DNA from: an uncultured Candidatus Saccharibacteria bacterium | GTDB lineage: Bacteria > Patescibacteriota > Dojkabacteria > GCA-016699595 > JBAXKR01 | DNA length: 64,000 nt | Direction: 5' to 3' | Assembly (NCBI GenBank): GCA_964430225.1 | Contig: CAYSFE010000001.1 | Location: 11,820-75,819 of the forward strand | Shown here: positions 37,295 through 46,238 of the stretch, piece by piece | Position numbering within the stretch: the stretch's first letter is position 1 | How the letters are laid out: each line of letters begins with the position of its first letter | Program-made: the position numbers and the translations under genes | The notes under the pieces: generated by a model | The model's input: the letters and a program-made list of their open reading frames with translations, nothing else | The model's database searches: none | Told to the model about the DNA's origin: nothing

Positions 37295-38644
37295 ATGAGA
37301 AAAAACTCTATTGCTTTTGGTGGTGGTGCATATGGTGATGAAGGGAAGGGGAGAATAGTAGATGAGTATGCAAATATACTCGCTAAAAAATACAAGATGG
37401 TGATATATAGAGATAACGGAGGGAGTAATGCAGGTCATACTGTAGAAGTACCTGATAAAGCAAAGATAGCTCTTCATCAACTTCCATCTGGAGTATTTAT
37501 TAAAGGAGCATATGTAATACTTGGGAAAGGTATGGTAATCAATCCAGCTGATCTGTTAGAAGAAATCAGACAAGTAAAGAAAGTAAATAGTAATAAACTA
37601 GATGTAACAATGTTAATAGATGAAATGGCAGTTCTTACACTAGATACACATAGAGCATTTGAAGGAGTACTTAAGAAATATCAAGAGGGTGGGAAAGGAT
37701 CTACAGGGAGAGGTATATCACCTGCATATGCAGATGTACTTTTAAGACACCCGCTAAGAGCAAGAGATATAAAAACATTTAACAGAGAAAAAATACTCTC
37801 TCACTACAGAATGTATAAAGATTTAATTAAAGGTTTAGGGGAAGATATGGAAAAGTGGGAAGTTAAGACTTTAGGTGGTAGTGGAACAAGTACTGTAGGA
37901 TCTGAGAAGGTATTTGTAGAAAGACTATTAAAGGAATCAAAAGAATTAAAGAAATATATTTCAGACGTATCAGAATTCCTTAAGACTTCTTGGAACTCTA
38001 AATCATATGCCTTTATCTTTGAGAAAGCACAAGCTGTAGGATTAGATCCAAGATATGGAGTATATCCTGATGTAACAGCATCAGATACTACATTTGGTGG
38101 TATTGAAAGTTCTACCGAAGGATTAATAAATCCTTTGGATATAGAGATAAGAGCAAATGTCATAAAAGCTACATATATGTCCTCTGTAGGTACTAGAAAA
38201 CTTCCATCTATGATGCCCGAAGACTTAGCACATAGAATAAGAGAAGATGCTAATGAATATGGAGCTACAACTAAAAGACCTAGAGATATTGCTTACCTTG
38301 ATCTTGTAGCTACAGACTTCTTTAGAAAAGTAGGTAAAGCAACACATATGGTTCTTACTCATATGGATATTGTATACAATGACACCCCTATTAAAGTTTG
38401 TATTGGATATACATTAAGAGGAAAGAAAGTGACATACAGACCTGACCAAGAATTTCTAAACAAAGTAAAACCAGAATACAAAGAATTTAAGACTTGGGAT
38501 AAAGAGAAGGTACAAAAAGCTAAGAGATATGATGATCTACCAAAAGAAGCTAAAGTATTTTTAACATATATCTCAAAATACTTAGGAGTACCAATACTAA
38601 TGATTACAACAGGACCTAAGAGAGAACAGGGGATAAGGTTCTAG
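37295..38644 (+). CDS. purA: Adenylosuccinate synthetase
   Basis: GDEGKG, GGSNAGHT, GSTGRGISPAY, YPDVT, EYGATTKRPR, TGP. Confidence 0.94.
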   Translation: MRKNSIAFGGGAYGDEGKGRIVDEYANILAKKYKMVIYRDNGGSNAGHTVEVPDKAKIALHQLPSGVFIKGAYVILGKGMVINPADLLEEIRQVKKVNSNKLDVTMLIDEMAVLTLDTHRAFEGVLKKYQEGGKGSTGRGISPAYADVLLRHPLRARDIKTFNREKILSHYRMYKDLIKGLGEDMEKWEVKTLGGSGTSTVGSEKVFVERLLKESKELKKYISDVSEFLKTSWNSKSYAFIFEKAQAVGLDPRYGVYPDVTASDTTFGGIESSTEGLINPLDIEIRANVIKATYMSSVGTRKLPSMMPEDLAHRIREDANEYGATTKRPRDIAYLDLVATDFFRKVGKATHMVLTHMDIVYNDTPIKVCIGYTLRGKKVTYRPDQEFLNKVKPEYKEFKTWDKEKVQKAKRYDDLPKEAKVFLTYISKYLGVPILMITTGPKREQGIRF

Positions 38645-38646
38645 AC

Positions 38647-40005
38647 TTAATATTTATCTGGACTTGTACAAAGTGCAGTCTCTATTATTCTAGCAGTTCC
38701 ATCTTCTAAATTTTCTAGACAAAATCTTTGTTGTTTAAATTTTGTTGCTAGTTTAATAATTCTTTCAATCTCTTTTATGTCTCCCTCAATCAGAACAGCT
38801 GGTTCTTGATATGTAGAAGGTTCAGCAATTCCTTTTCTTACCGTAAATATTTCGGCTTGAGTTAAGATAAAACTTTCACCTAATATTTCTTTAACCTCAT
38901 CAATCGTATGAAACATTCCAGAGTTATATCCAATCTCTAGTCCTAGTAATACCCTAAATTTGGGCTTACTATTCCTTTCCTCTACCTCAACTGAGGCTTC
39001 AATACCATTTCCAATCATTTCACTTGTAAACATTAACTCTTCACTGCTTTGAATATCTCCATACTTTCTTCTTGGGTATATATTTCGAACATAAGTCCAA
39101 TTACCTTCAGATCCAACAAAGTATCCAAAACAATTTACCCCTGTCTCTCTAACAGTATGAATTATTGATTGTTTAAACTCACTTAAAGTACTAGATGTTC
39201 CATCTATTCTTGCAGACCAAAGTGGAGCAGGTTCTAGTTCCCTTGGTACTTTAAATTTTCTAGTCTTTTCATCAAATACTATTCCTTCCTTCTTTATCCC
39301 TCTACATTCTGCTGTTATTGTCATCTCTTCAGTCAATTTATCATACTCAAATTGAATACGCATGCCTTCTCCTTTTCTTGGTTCTTGACCTTTTTCAAGA
39401 GTAAATCCAAATACATCTTCCATGATTGGATACATAATTTCATAGTGAGTGGTTGCAATTATATGAAGGGGCTTTCCTTTCAGATCTCCAGACTTAGCTA
39501 AATATCTTACCCAGTTATATACCCTCTCAGCTCTTCTTCTTATTAATGAACTTACTTCAAAATTAGGATTAGGTGCTTGAAAGTCAGGATCTCTAAAAAG
39601 CCTATTACTTCGTACAAAGCTTGCACCTTTAGGTACATCAATAATCTCTTTTTTTACAAATTTTTGATTATATACATCAAAAGGTCTTAAAGATCTTATG
39701 ATACTTTCTTTAAATATTTCAAATCCTGCTCTTTTTAGTCTTTTTTTAATTATATCTTTGGAATCCCTTGCTCTCCAAGATTCAGAACTCCATAATACTA
39801 TTCTTTCATTATGACTTATTGCTTTTACCAGAACTCTTGCTGTCCTTAAGACATCAATTATGCCTTTTCTAGATAAATCAAAGGGACGTTCGTCTCCTAA
39901 TACTTCATTAAATTGGGGATCATGTTCATATTCATGGTAAGGAGTTCTTCCATGACGAACCATATCAAATATAACTACGTTTGTAGTTAATGACCTTTGG
40001 GGCAT
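38647..40005 (-). CDS. Histidine phosphatase-superfamily domain fused to an unknown C-terminal domain
   Basis: VRHG, LS..G, WSS..WRA, ATTH motifs in the first ~250 aa. Confidence 0.7.
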   Translation of the reverse strand: MPQRSLTTNVVIFDMVRHGRTPYHEYEHDPQFNEVLGDERPFDLSRKGIIDVLRTARVLVKAISHNERIVLWSSESWRARDSKDIIKKRLKRAGFEIFKESIIRSLRPFDVYNQKFVKKEIIDVPKGASFVRSNRLFRDPDFQAPNPNFEVSSLIRRRAERVYNWVRYLAKSGDLKGKPLHIIATTHYEIMYPIMEDVFGFTLEKGQEPRKGEGMRIQFEYDKLTEEMTITAECRGIKKEGIVFDEKTRKFKVPRELEPAPLWSARIDGTSSTLSEFKQSIIHTVRETGVNCFGYFVGSEGNWTYVRNIYPRRKYGDIQSSEELMFTSEMIGNGIEASVEVEERNSKPKFRVLLGLEIGYNSGMFHTIDEVKEILGESFILTQAEIFTVRKGIAEPSTYQEPAVLIEGDIKEIERIIKLATKFKQQRFCLENLEDGTARIIETALCTSPDKY

Positions 40006-40107
40006 CGTTTCCGATACTGTTTCTGAATTGATAATATGACAATGATAACTTAAATCATATTGGGCAGGATTCTAGCATAATCTCATAAGAATAGTCTAAT
40101 TCTTTAA

Positions 40108-40136
40108 TTGACAAATATAAGACTTAACTGTATCAT
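40108..40136 (+). promoter_or_regulatory. Sigma70-type promoter ~255 nt upstream of the ribA-like gene
   Basis: TTGACA(40108)-17-TATCAT(40131). Confidence 0.7.
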
Positions 40137-40391
40137 CTCTGCATTATTGAAAATTTAGTTTGTTTTTTCAATAAAATCTGAGATATATATAAAACTAAAA
40201 AATTCAAAGACTTTCGTTGATTACAGACTTCAGAGTATTTAATTTTTTTCTATCTATAGTTTACTAAACTGAATCTAATAAATTTCGTTTTATTAGGAAA
40301 TATAGACTCAAAGACATATTTTTGTTACTAAAAAATTAATTTAATAGTTAATCTTTAAGTGATATAAAATATAATTTAATGGACTATTTTA

Positions 40392-41546
40392 ATGGAACAA
40401 CTTAGTGATGAGGGAGATACAGCATTATCTTCATATTATGATGGTGTATTAAATAAACTTAGATTCAAGCAAGTTGGAGGAGTAAGTGAGTTTTTTGGTG
40501 GCCCACTTAATCTAGGAAATGGTTGTTCAGATTGGGTGTCACCTGCAGAAATTATTGATGAGTACGGGCGACAACAATATCATATTATATATCTCAATAC
40601 TAACCCATCTAATGATAATATAAATGTTCCGGTTACCCTTTTAAGACTAGATGAGATGGCCTTAAAGTTAGCCTCTGAAGCGGATGCAAGAAAAAACATT
40701 GTTGCTAAACTTCTTAATTCCACTTCACCAAGAATAATTATAAGACCTACCTCAACAGGTATGCTTTATTATCCTAGTGCTAGCCTTCCAACAGAAGATA
40801 AAGAAAATTTAATTTTTGAAAGAACTGATAAAACCTTAGATGCCTTAGGTTTAGGTCCAATCGTAGAAATTACTGACTTGCGCTTTAGTAAAACAGCTGC
40901 AGAAATAGTGCCTTTGTCAGGGGGAGTATCATCGGCTGGTGAACAAGTCTACAGTTCTGAGTTTGGTGACTTAATTGTTACTAGTTACATTCTAAGTAAT
41001 GATACTTGGAAATACTACCAAGTAATTTCATCTTTTCCATTGTCAGGAATTGAGAGAAATCGAGTTGTTCCAATGCGATTGGATTCAGGTTGTGATATTG
41101 GTCAGATATACAGAGACTTAGGTTGTGATTGTAGTGATCAATTACATCGTGCTATAGAAAAAACAATATCTGAGGGAGGAATTATTATTCATTTACCAAC
41201 TCAAGATGGTAGAGGATATGGTATGGTGACAAAAATGGAGACTGAGGGATTAAAAAGTGGTGTACAAGTTGTTACCAACTCTCAAAATTTAGTACCAATG
41301 GATACAATTCAGGCTGCAAAATCACTACTAGGAGAAGCATTTGATATTCGAACATATTTAGGTGTAGGTAGACTTCTTAATACACTTGGTATTGACCAAG
41401 TTCAGCTTTACACAAATAATAGGAAAAAGATTGCAGGTTTAGAGAGAATGGGTATTGGTGTAACAAGGCTTTCAGCTGTAGGTAATCCAGAAAATGTTCA
41501 TATAAAAGCTAAATTAGCTCATAACGATATATACATCAAGGACTAG
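40392..41546 (+). CDS. GTP cyclohydrolase II (RibA)-like protein with ~190-aa unknown N-terminal region
   Basis: RLDSGC..GQ.....CDC..QL (3 Zn Cys), QDGRG.G...K, DT..A, D.R.Y, LYTNNRKK. Confidence 0.8.
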   Translation: MEQLSDEGDTALSSYYDGVLNKLRFKQVGGVSEFFGGPLNLGNGCSDWVSPAEIIDEYGRQQYHIIYLNTNPSNDNINVPVTLLRLDEMALKLASEADARKNIVAKLLNSTSPRIIIRPTSTGMLYYPSASLPTEDKENLIFERTDKTLDALGLGPIVEITDLRFSKTAAEIVPLSGGVSSAGEQVYSSEFGDLIVTSYILSNDTWKYYQVISSFPLSGIERNRVVPMRLDSGCDIGQIYRDLGCDCSDQLHRAIEKTISEGGIIIHLPTQDGRGYGMVTKMETEGLKSGVQVVTNSQNLVPMDTIQAAKSLLGEAFDIRTYLGVGRLLNTLGIDQVQLYTNNRKKIAGLERMGIGVTRLSAVGNPENVHIKAKLAHNDIYIKD

Positions 41547-41549
41547 TAT

Positions 41550-42437
41550 ATGACTGATACTCCCGAGTTTAATTTAAAACCCAAAACAGTATTTGAAAAA
41601 ATCAGATCCAGATGGATAACTATTGACTCTATGGCAGGAGTTGGACTAGACCCTGTTCCTGAAAGAATTCCTGAAGAAATTTGGCAACAAGTCGGGAGCA
41701 AACATAATTATGGTGATGCATTTTCTTTATTTAACCAAATGATTATAGAAGCAACTGCACCTCATGCTATTGACTATAAAGTCAATTCTAATTTCTATCA
41801 AGGAGCACAAGGAAGAAAAGCATTACAAGAAACCTTTGATTACCTGAAAAGAAATCATCCAGATATAGTTCGTGTATGTGACGGAAAATTCGCTGATGTT
41901 GGAAATACTGCAGAAGTTATTGCTGAAGAAGTATTTGGTAATTTAGATGCTGATGCTGTTTTACTTAATCCATATTTGGGATTTGATGCTATTAAACCTT
42001 TTTTAAAATATAAAGGTAAGGCAATAATTCTATGCATTAATACTTCTAACCAATCGGCTAGTGACATACAAAACCTAAGATTAGATTCAGGTGTCCCTCT
42101 TTGGAGACATATATTGACTATTTCAATGACTGAATGGAATCAATATGAAAATATTATTCCTGTATTAAGTGCAACACACCCTGATAACCTTGTTGGTATT
42201 AGAGGAGTAATTGGACAAGCCCCAATACTTTTAGCAGGAGTGGGTAATCAGGGAGGGGATTTGTCACAAAGTATTCCACATTGTTTAGATGATAATGGTT
42301 ACGGTATGATGATAAGTTCATCCAGAGGTATACTATACCCAGAACGATTTGAAGGTGAAGGCTTTTTAAGTGCTTCAAAAAGGGCAGTGATTGAATTGAA
42401 AGATTTAATAAATGAGGCTAAAAGAAATTTATTTTAA
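41550..42437 (+). CDS. pyrF: Orotidine-5'-phosphate decarboxylase (subfamily 2)
   Basis: VGLDP, YKVN, DGKFADVGNT, NPYLGFD, TSN, GVGNQGG, SSSRGI. Confidence 0.9.
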   Translation: MTDTPEFNLKPKTVFEKIRSRWITIDSMAGVGLDPVPERIPEEIWQQVGSKHNYGDAFSLFNQMIIEATAPHAIDYKVNSNFYQGAQGRKALQETFDYLKRNHPDIVRVCDGKFADVGNTAEVIAEEVFGNLDADAVLLNPYLGFDAIKPFLKYKGKAIILCINTSNQSASDIQNLRLDSGVPLWRHILTISMTEWNQYENIIPVLSATHPDNLVGIRGVIGQAPILLAGVGNQGGDLSQSIPHCLDDNGYGMMISSSRGILYPERFEGEGFLSASKRAVIELKDLINEAKRNLF

Positions 42438-42450
42438 TATTTTTATAAAC

Positions 42451-43095
42451 ATGAATCTAACTGAATTATCCGGAGTAAATTTTGAAGATATTGCCAGAGT
42501 ACATAATCAAGTAGATCAGCTTAGGACTTTAAGAAGAAATAAATTATTTGTTTTATTATTAGGTCCATCTGGTGTCGGTAAAACTACAATAATAAAAGCT
42601 TTAAATGATCAAACAAATGGAAAGTATCCATATATATCGCCTTATATAACAAGAGATTTAAGACCAGGAGAAACTGAAAAGACTGCAATAAGTGAGACTG
42701 AATTTGACAAACTAGAACAAGCTGGAGAATTTGTAATTGTTAATGCTTTATATGGAGTAAGGTATGGAACTCCATTAAAGACTATCACAAACTGCTTAGC
42801 ATCAGGAAGAGTTCCTATATTGGACTTTCCACTCGAAAAAGTAGCCAAATTACGTAGGAAAGAATTTGACCTGTTAAACATATATGTTTTTCCTCCTAAC
42901 ATAGCTGAATGGCGGTCAAGACTTGAAAAAGAAAATAGAAATAATTCAAATAGATTTGAACAGGGTGTTGACGAACTTGGGATGCTTTCTCAATTAACTA
43001 AACCCCATCCCGATATTCATTATTCAGTAGTTAGTAGAAGTGGAGATATACCTAAAATTGCTAATATAATCAATACCATAATAAGTTCTATATAA
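42451..43095 (+). CDS. gmk: Guanylate kinase-like nucleoside monophosphate kinase
   Basis: GPSGVGKTT, TR.LRPGE, YGVRYGTP, ILD, FPP; start placed at ATG 42451. Confidence 0.8.
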   Translation: MNLTELSGVNFEDIARVHNQVDQLRTLRRNKLFVLLLGPSGVGKTTIIKALNDQTNGKYPYISPYITRDLRPGETEKTAISETEFDKLEQAGEFVIVNALYGVRYGTPLKTITNCLASGRVPILDFPLEKVAKLRRKEFDLLNIYVFPPNIAEWRSRLEKENRNNSNRFEQGVDELGMLSQLTKPHPDIHYSVVSRSGDIPKIANIINTIISSI

Positions 43096-43136
43096 AGGTA
43101 TTTATTTGATTAGTTCCCTTGAAAATATTAATAATC

Positions 43137-43508
43137 TTACCTTAACTTCTGTTTGTGAAAAGTTCCCCTATTTAATCTAAATGCCAATCTTCTTTCTGGA
43201 GCATATACCATTGGTACACCTATAAGTGATTTACAACTTTCACATACTAAATTTGGCATGTCTTTAGTCCCCACAATTTTAGGGTCACTACTTAAAGAGG
43301 CTAGTTTAGGAGGCCATAAAATTCTATCTAAATAAGACCTTAGTAGTGCACCAATTCCATCTTTTTGATATATCATTAATCTTGTGTTACATCTTGCACA
43401 TGATATATCTAATAACTCAGAATTACCGCCTCTTGCTTTTCTATATCCATCTTTCTTTATGTGAAAATCAGATGGTTTTGGACCTTTAATGTTTCCTTCT
43501 AGTTCCAT
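43137..43508 (-). CDS. Conserved hypothetical zinc-ribbon protein
   Basis: CARC and CESC pairs; YQKDG.G.L.R.YLDRI. Confidence 0.7.
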   Translation of the reverse strand: MELEGNIKGPKPSDFHIKKDGYRKARGGNSELLDISCARCNTRLMIYQKDGIGALLRSYLDRILWPPKLASLSSDPKIVGTKDMPNLVCESCKSLIGVPMVYAPERRLAFRLNRGTFHKQKLR

Positions 43509-43580
43509 ATTTTAGTAAAATGTTTATAAATATTTTGAGTTTGTTTATTGTACACTATAATTTCAATTATTATAAGTCAT

Positions 43581-44108
43581 TTAGTATAGTTCAGGATTAA
43601 CGAAGGGAATTAGGGCAAGTATTGTAGCTAAGGTAAAAGAATCTTCCCTTGTTACTAGTCCATGTGTAAGTATTCCTATTGCTCCATTTCTTACTTTAGA
43701 GTTCTTCCTGCCGAATACAATATCATCTGCAACTCCCAGTTCTTTTCCACTTTTTATTAGCATAGTTACAGCTTGAGGCAATGGGGGAGAGGGAGACCTT
43801 CCTTTACCAATCAATTTTTTACCTTTAACACTAACCCATCCAAAAGCATATAGGGAACCATCTAGTTCTTCAAGTCCGCCCTCTAATCCTACATAGTAAT
43901 CAGCACCAGGGTATTTCTTATATGCATTAATAGCTCTATTAAGAGATCCTTTAATAGTTTGTTCATTACCCATTGGTTGAGAGGGTACACCTGATGGTAC
44001 ATCTACACCCTCTATCTTAAACTTTTCATTTTTAAATACTTTCTTAAAAGCTTTTAAGGTAGCTTTTATCTTTACTGGATTTCTTGATCCTACTATTATC
44101 TTTTTCAT
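43581..44108 (-). CDS. yjjX: Inosine/xanthosine triphosphatase (YjjX family)
   Basis: GSRNPVK, SGVPSQP, GSLNRA, VGLEGG, ELG, GAIGILT. Confidence 0.9.
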   Translation of the reverse strand: MKKIIVGSRNPVKIKATLKAFKKVFKNEKFKIEGVDVPSGVPSQPMGNEQTIKGSLNRAINAYKKYPGADYYVGLEGGLEELDGSLYAFGWVSVKGKKLIGKGRSPSPPLPQAVTMLIKSGKELGVADDIVFGRKNSKVRNGAIGILTHGLVTREDSFTLATILALIPFVNPELY

Positions 44109-44172
44109 ATGGTTTATTTAATATGGGGTTATAGTAACAGAGTTTATAAAGTTACTCAAAATATCTGAAACT

Positions 44173-44613
44173 TTATAAAGTTAGAGGTATTTTATCTAAA
44201 TCCCCATTTATGACAATAGGACTCATAACTATTATCTCATCCTTATATGCCATCTCTGGAATAGGGTAGAGAAGGTATATAGGTTTTCTTAATACATATG
44301 CAAAACCTATTTCTAAAAATGTATTTCCTCCAATATATCCTTCAATATTCTTTTTAGTATAGTTAGCTATTAGAACACAATCTGATTCTTTAATCTTTTC
44401 AAAGTATTTCCTAATAGCGTCATATTTCATTTTAGCTTTATATCCCTCTCCTTTGTCTACACTTTCTAAGTGTTCTTTCATTGTTCGCTCTCCACTTAGT
44501 ATCCTCATAGCTCCATCTGGTATTTCTACAACATGACCTTTCTCAACAAGCTTATCAGATAGCTCTTTCATCTCTTTAGTGAATTGTATTGAACCACAGA
44601 TAGTAATTTTCAT
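44173..44613 (-). CDS. Nucleoside 2-deoxyribosyltransferase-like protein
   Basis: KITICGS, KIKESDCVLIAN, GYIGGNTFLEIGFAY..RKPIY. Confidence 0.7.
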   Translation of the reverse strand: MKITICGSIQFTKEMKELSDKLVEKGHVVEIPDGAMRILSGERTMKEHLESVDKGEGYKAKMKYDAIRKYFEKIKESDCVLIANYTKKNIEGYIGGNTFLEIGFAYVLRKPIYLLYPIPEMAYKDEIIVMSPIVINGDLDKIPLTL

Positions 44614-44646
44614 ATTAGTTGATTTAAAACTTAGTTATTCTATTTC

Positions 44647-45201
44647 CTATTGTTTACTCTTTCTTATAGCTTTGATAATCCTGTAAACCAAGTAAATTAC
44701 TAAAGTAATTACAGTAATATCAAAAGCAAGATAGAATAATGGGAAAGGCGTATTTTTAGCACATACAGCAGCACAGCCATAACCTGACTGATTAACTATT
44801 CCAAATGGATTTAAATAGCTATGACGATCGCAAGGGCTTCCACAATCAAGTTTTAAATTCCACAAAACAAACGTTATTGCTGACTCTATTATTAGGATAG
44901 GAACTACTATAGATATTTTAAGTTTAGGACTAAGTTTATTTTTAACAAACTTAATCAATTTAAAAAGTAAATATCCTACTATAGTGAGAATTAATATATC
45001 AAACATAAGATAAAAGTTTTGATGAGGTACATTTTCAAAAACATTAAGGCATAGTTCCTTTGTTGGATGCCATCCAAATGGGTTTAAGAAAGTATATGGT
45101 TCACACATATCCACATACTGTGTTTTCATGAAGAATAGTATGATAGTAATAATAGATTCTACCAAAAGTAGCAATAGTATTGGAGTAAACTTTATTTTCA
45201 T
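44647..45201 (-). CDS. Four-TM protein built from two tandem repeats
   Basis: Two copies of ES.IT...C...(F/Y)LNPFG...C...P...FYL.FDI. Confidence 0.7.
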   Translation of the reverse strand: MKIKFTPILLLLLVESIITIILFFMKTQYVDMCEPYTFLNPFGWHPTKELCLNVFENVPHQNFYLMFDILILTIVGYLLFKLIKFVKNKLSPKLKISIVVPILIIESAITFVLWNLKLDCGSPCDRHSYLNPFGIVNQSGYGCAAVCAKNTPFPLFYLAFDITVITLVIYLVYRIIKAIRKSKQ

Positions 45202-45308
45202 TATTAATGTATTAATAACTATTTTTTAAAATCATTACCCAAAGATATTGTACAATAGATATTAGAAAAATAGTTAAGGACGTATATATTATCTATTACT
45301 AATACCTA

Positions 45309-45719
45309 ATGATACAAATGCCTAAAGCATTAGCTCCATATGCTAAACACTTAGAAGAAGAGGGATATAAAGTCACTACTACTGAAGAAAGTATAATCAC
45401 GGAAAAAGATGGTAACCAAGTAATATTTGTAGCTTCTGAAGTACCTGCTTATATAATAGCAATGGTAAAGTATGATTTAAATCAAAGTGCATATCTTGCA
45501 AATAAGTTAGAAGCTTTAGAGATAGTAAACTCAATAAATACTTATGATATACCAAGTTGTTACATTGGAGAGAACAGTGACCAGCCTTACTTAGCAATAA
45601 CTTGGCCTTACTTTGGAGAGTATAATAAAGATATATTTCATACTTTCATGTTACAAGTACAATTTGACGAAGTAATAATACTAAAAGAAATGCATGAGAG
45701 TTTAAAGAAGTTCATGTAA
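45309..45719 (+). CDS. YbjN-like (T3SS-chaperone fold) hypothetical protein
   Basis: Small acidic protein; LEEEGY, LEIVNSIN pattern. Confidence 0.5.
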   Translation: MIQMPKALAPYAKHLEEEGYKVTTTEESIITEKDGNQVIFVASEVPAYIIAMVKYDLNQSAYLANKLEALEIVNSINTYDIPSCYIGENSDQPYLAITWPYFGEYNKDIFHTFMLQVQFDEVIILKEMHESLKKFM

Positions 45720-45740
45720 AGACAATTAAGTGTCTTTAAA

Positions 45741-46058
45741 CTATAGTTGGTCATATTTCTTGTTACTTCCTTTTGCCTTAGATACAGGATATTTCTTAAT
45801 ATTCTTAGCTAGTTTCTTAAGTATTATATCTTCAATATCTACATTAAGACTTTCAGCCATTAGAACAGAGTATATTATTATATCTGCCAATTCTTCATTT
45901 ACTTCTCCTTGCATAGCTACATCATCCCATTGATAACATTCTAATAGTTCTCCAGCTTCTATAGATAAAGACTTAGCTAGATTCTCTGGAGTATGAAACT
46001 TCTTCCATTCTCTTTCATCTCTAAACTTTAATATTTTCTTAATTAAGCTAGGATTCAT
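45741..46058 (-). CDS. MazG-like nucleotide pyrophosphohydrolase
   Basis: FRDEREWKKFH.PENLA.SLSIEAGELLE..QW, EELAD, KYPV.KAKG. Confidence 0.93.
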   Translation of the reverse strand: MNPSLIKKILKFRDEREWKKFHTPENLAKSLSIEAGELLECYQWDDVAMQGEVNEELADIIIYSVLMAESLNVDIEDIILKKLAKNIKKYPVSKAKGSNKKYDQL

Positions 46059-46131
46059 AGATGAGAAATAATAAATAATTACTTAAACACAGGTATTATA
46101 TTGCTATTAAAGGGAATTAACAATAACTGCC

Positions 46132-46160
46132 TCAACTTGTAAGAAAACCTTACAAGTTGA
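46132..46160. repeat. Intergenic 29-bp palindrome
   Basis: TCAACTTGTAAG-AAAAC-CTTACAAGTTGA, perfect 12-bp arms. Confidence 0.9.
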
Positions 46161-46172
46161 TATATCTTACTA

Positions 46173-46238
46173 AATGTATACAAAGTACACTAGTTTGTAT
46201 CTTTTGATTAAAGCAATGTATACAAACTTTCTATTTTA
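46173..46238. repeat. 66-bp repeat, copy 1 (begins at the rhuM stop codon on the minus strand)
   Basis: 51/66 ungapped identity to 47380-47445 (manual count). Confidence 0.85.

Noticed and set aside
37295-38644. PurZ (2-aminoadenine DNA pathway), given nearby MazG-like and nucleotide genes
   Set aside because: Keeps the PurA catalytic Asp (GDEGKG), not the PurZ Ser, and is paired with purB as ordinary AMP synthesis.
40253-40306. Hammerhead ribozyme (CTGA...GAAA around a hairpin)
   Set aside because: Core reads CTGAATC rather than CTGANGA, and the cleavage-site pairing does not fit.
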